Below are positions 63,656-64,000 of a stretch of DNA of 64,000 bases, in pieces (position 1 is the stretch's first letter; every line of letters starts with the position of its first letter). The stretch covers positions 81,034,001 through 81,098,000 of the forward strand of contig NC_042997.1 in NCBI RefSeq assembly GCF_006345805.1. The letters are read 5' to 3'. The translations under genes were made by a program, and so were the position numbers. The notes beneath the pieces are model-generated. The model was not told the origin of the DNA. It did no database searches and worked only from the letters and a program-made list of their open reading frames with translations. The stretch is from Octopus sinensis. Its lineage: Eukaryota.

Positions 63656-64000
63656 TGCATAGGCTAATTAGATTGAACTCAGAAAGGGGTCCAGTTCTGG
63701 AAGTTAAAAAGGTCTTTCTCAGTGTGCAGATACTACAATTTTTGAATTAGTGAGCTAGACAATTGGCAATTGAGGGAAGCAGTTGTCAACAACAGCTGGT
63801 GGGGGATACCCTGAAGATGTTGACTGAATATGAGTTGGTAACATTTAGTAATGAGATAGTGATAGAATATAGAGAAATAGATTAGAAGGTAAACTAGTTA
63901 GCAAGCTAGAAAAGGCAATTAGCCAAGGCATTGCAACAAGCATGCAAGAATAGCCATTTCTTCAATACAAAACTTGAAGGCTGTGTTTTCAGAGCTGGAG

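Overview
AT-rich eukaryotic genomic DNA, almost certainly from a cephalopod (Octopus-type SINE and RTE families; recognised from memory, not by database search). It looks like a long intron or intergenic tract. No intact host gene is visible, only a few candidate small exons (best: 21077-21123 and 2566-2678). The window is dominated by repeats. Non-LTR elements: RTE LINEs, including one near-full-length defective copy (about 53117-56510) whose ORF2 carries an internal C4HC3 PHD finger, an R4/Dong element inside (TAA)n, a CRE-clade element, and several Penelope-like elements (PLEs). DNA transposons: Tc1/mariner (DD37D, DD36E, DD34E, DD34D, rosa-like), a hAT remnant and a piggyBac-type MITE. There are also at least four tRNA-derived SINE types and many microsatellites, which produce most ORFs in the track. 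Highlights: (1) minimal type-I hammerhead ribozyme motifs from several unrelated PLE-type terminal repeats, one with a fully intact core (41401-41486, minus) and one pair with a compensatory stem-II base-pair change (14350-14397 vs 25668-25715); (2) a very recent templated direct-plus-inverted duplication that forms an 825-bp near-perfect palindrome inside a SINE (59731-61575), which could be an assembly artefact; (3) a Tc1 element split into inverted halves that share a 235-bp duplication and the same nonsense codon, with a young PLE at the junction.
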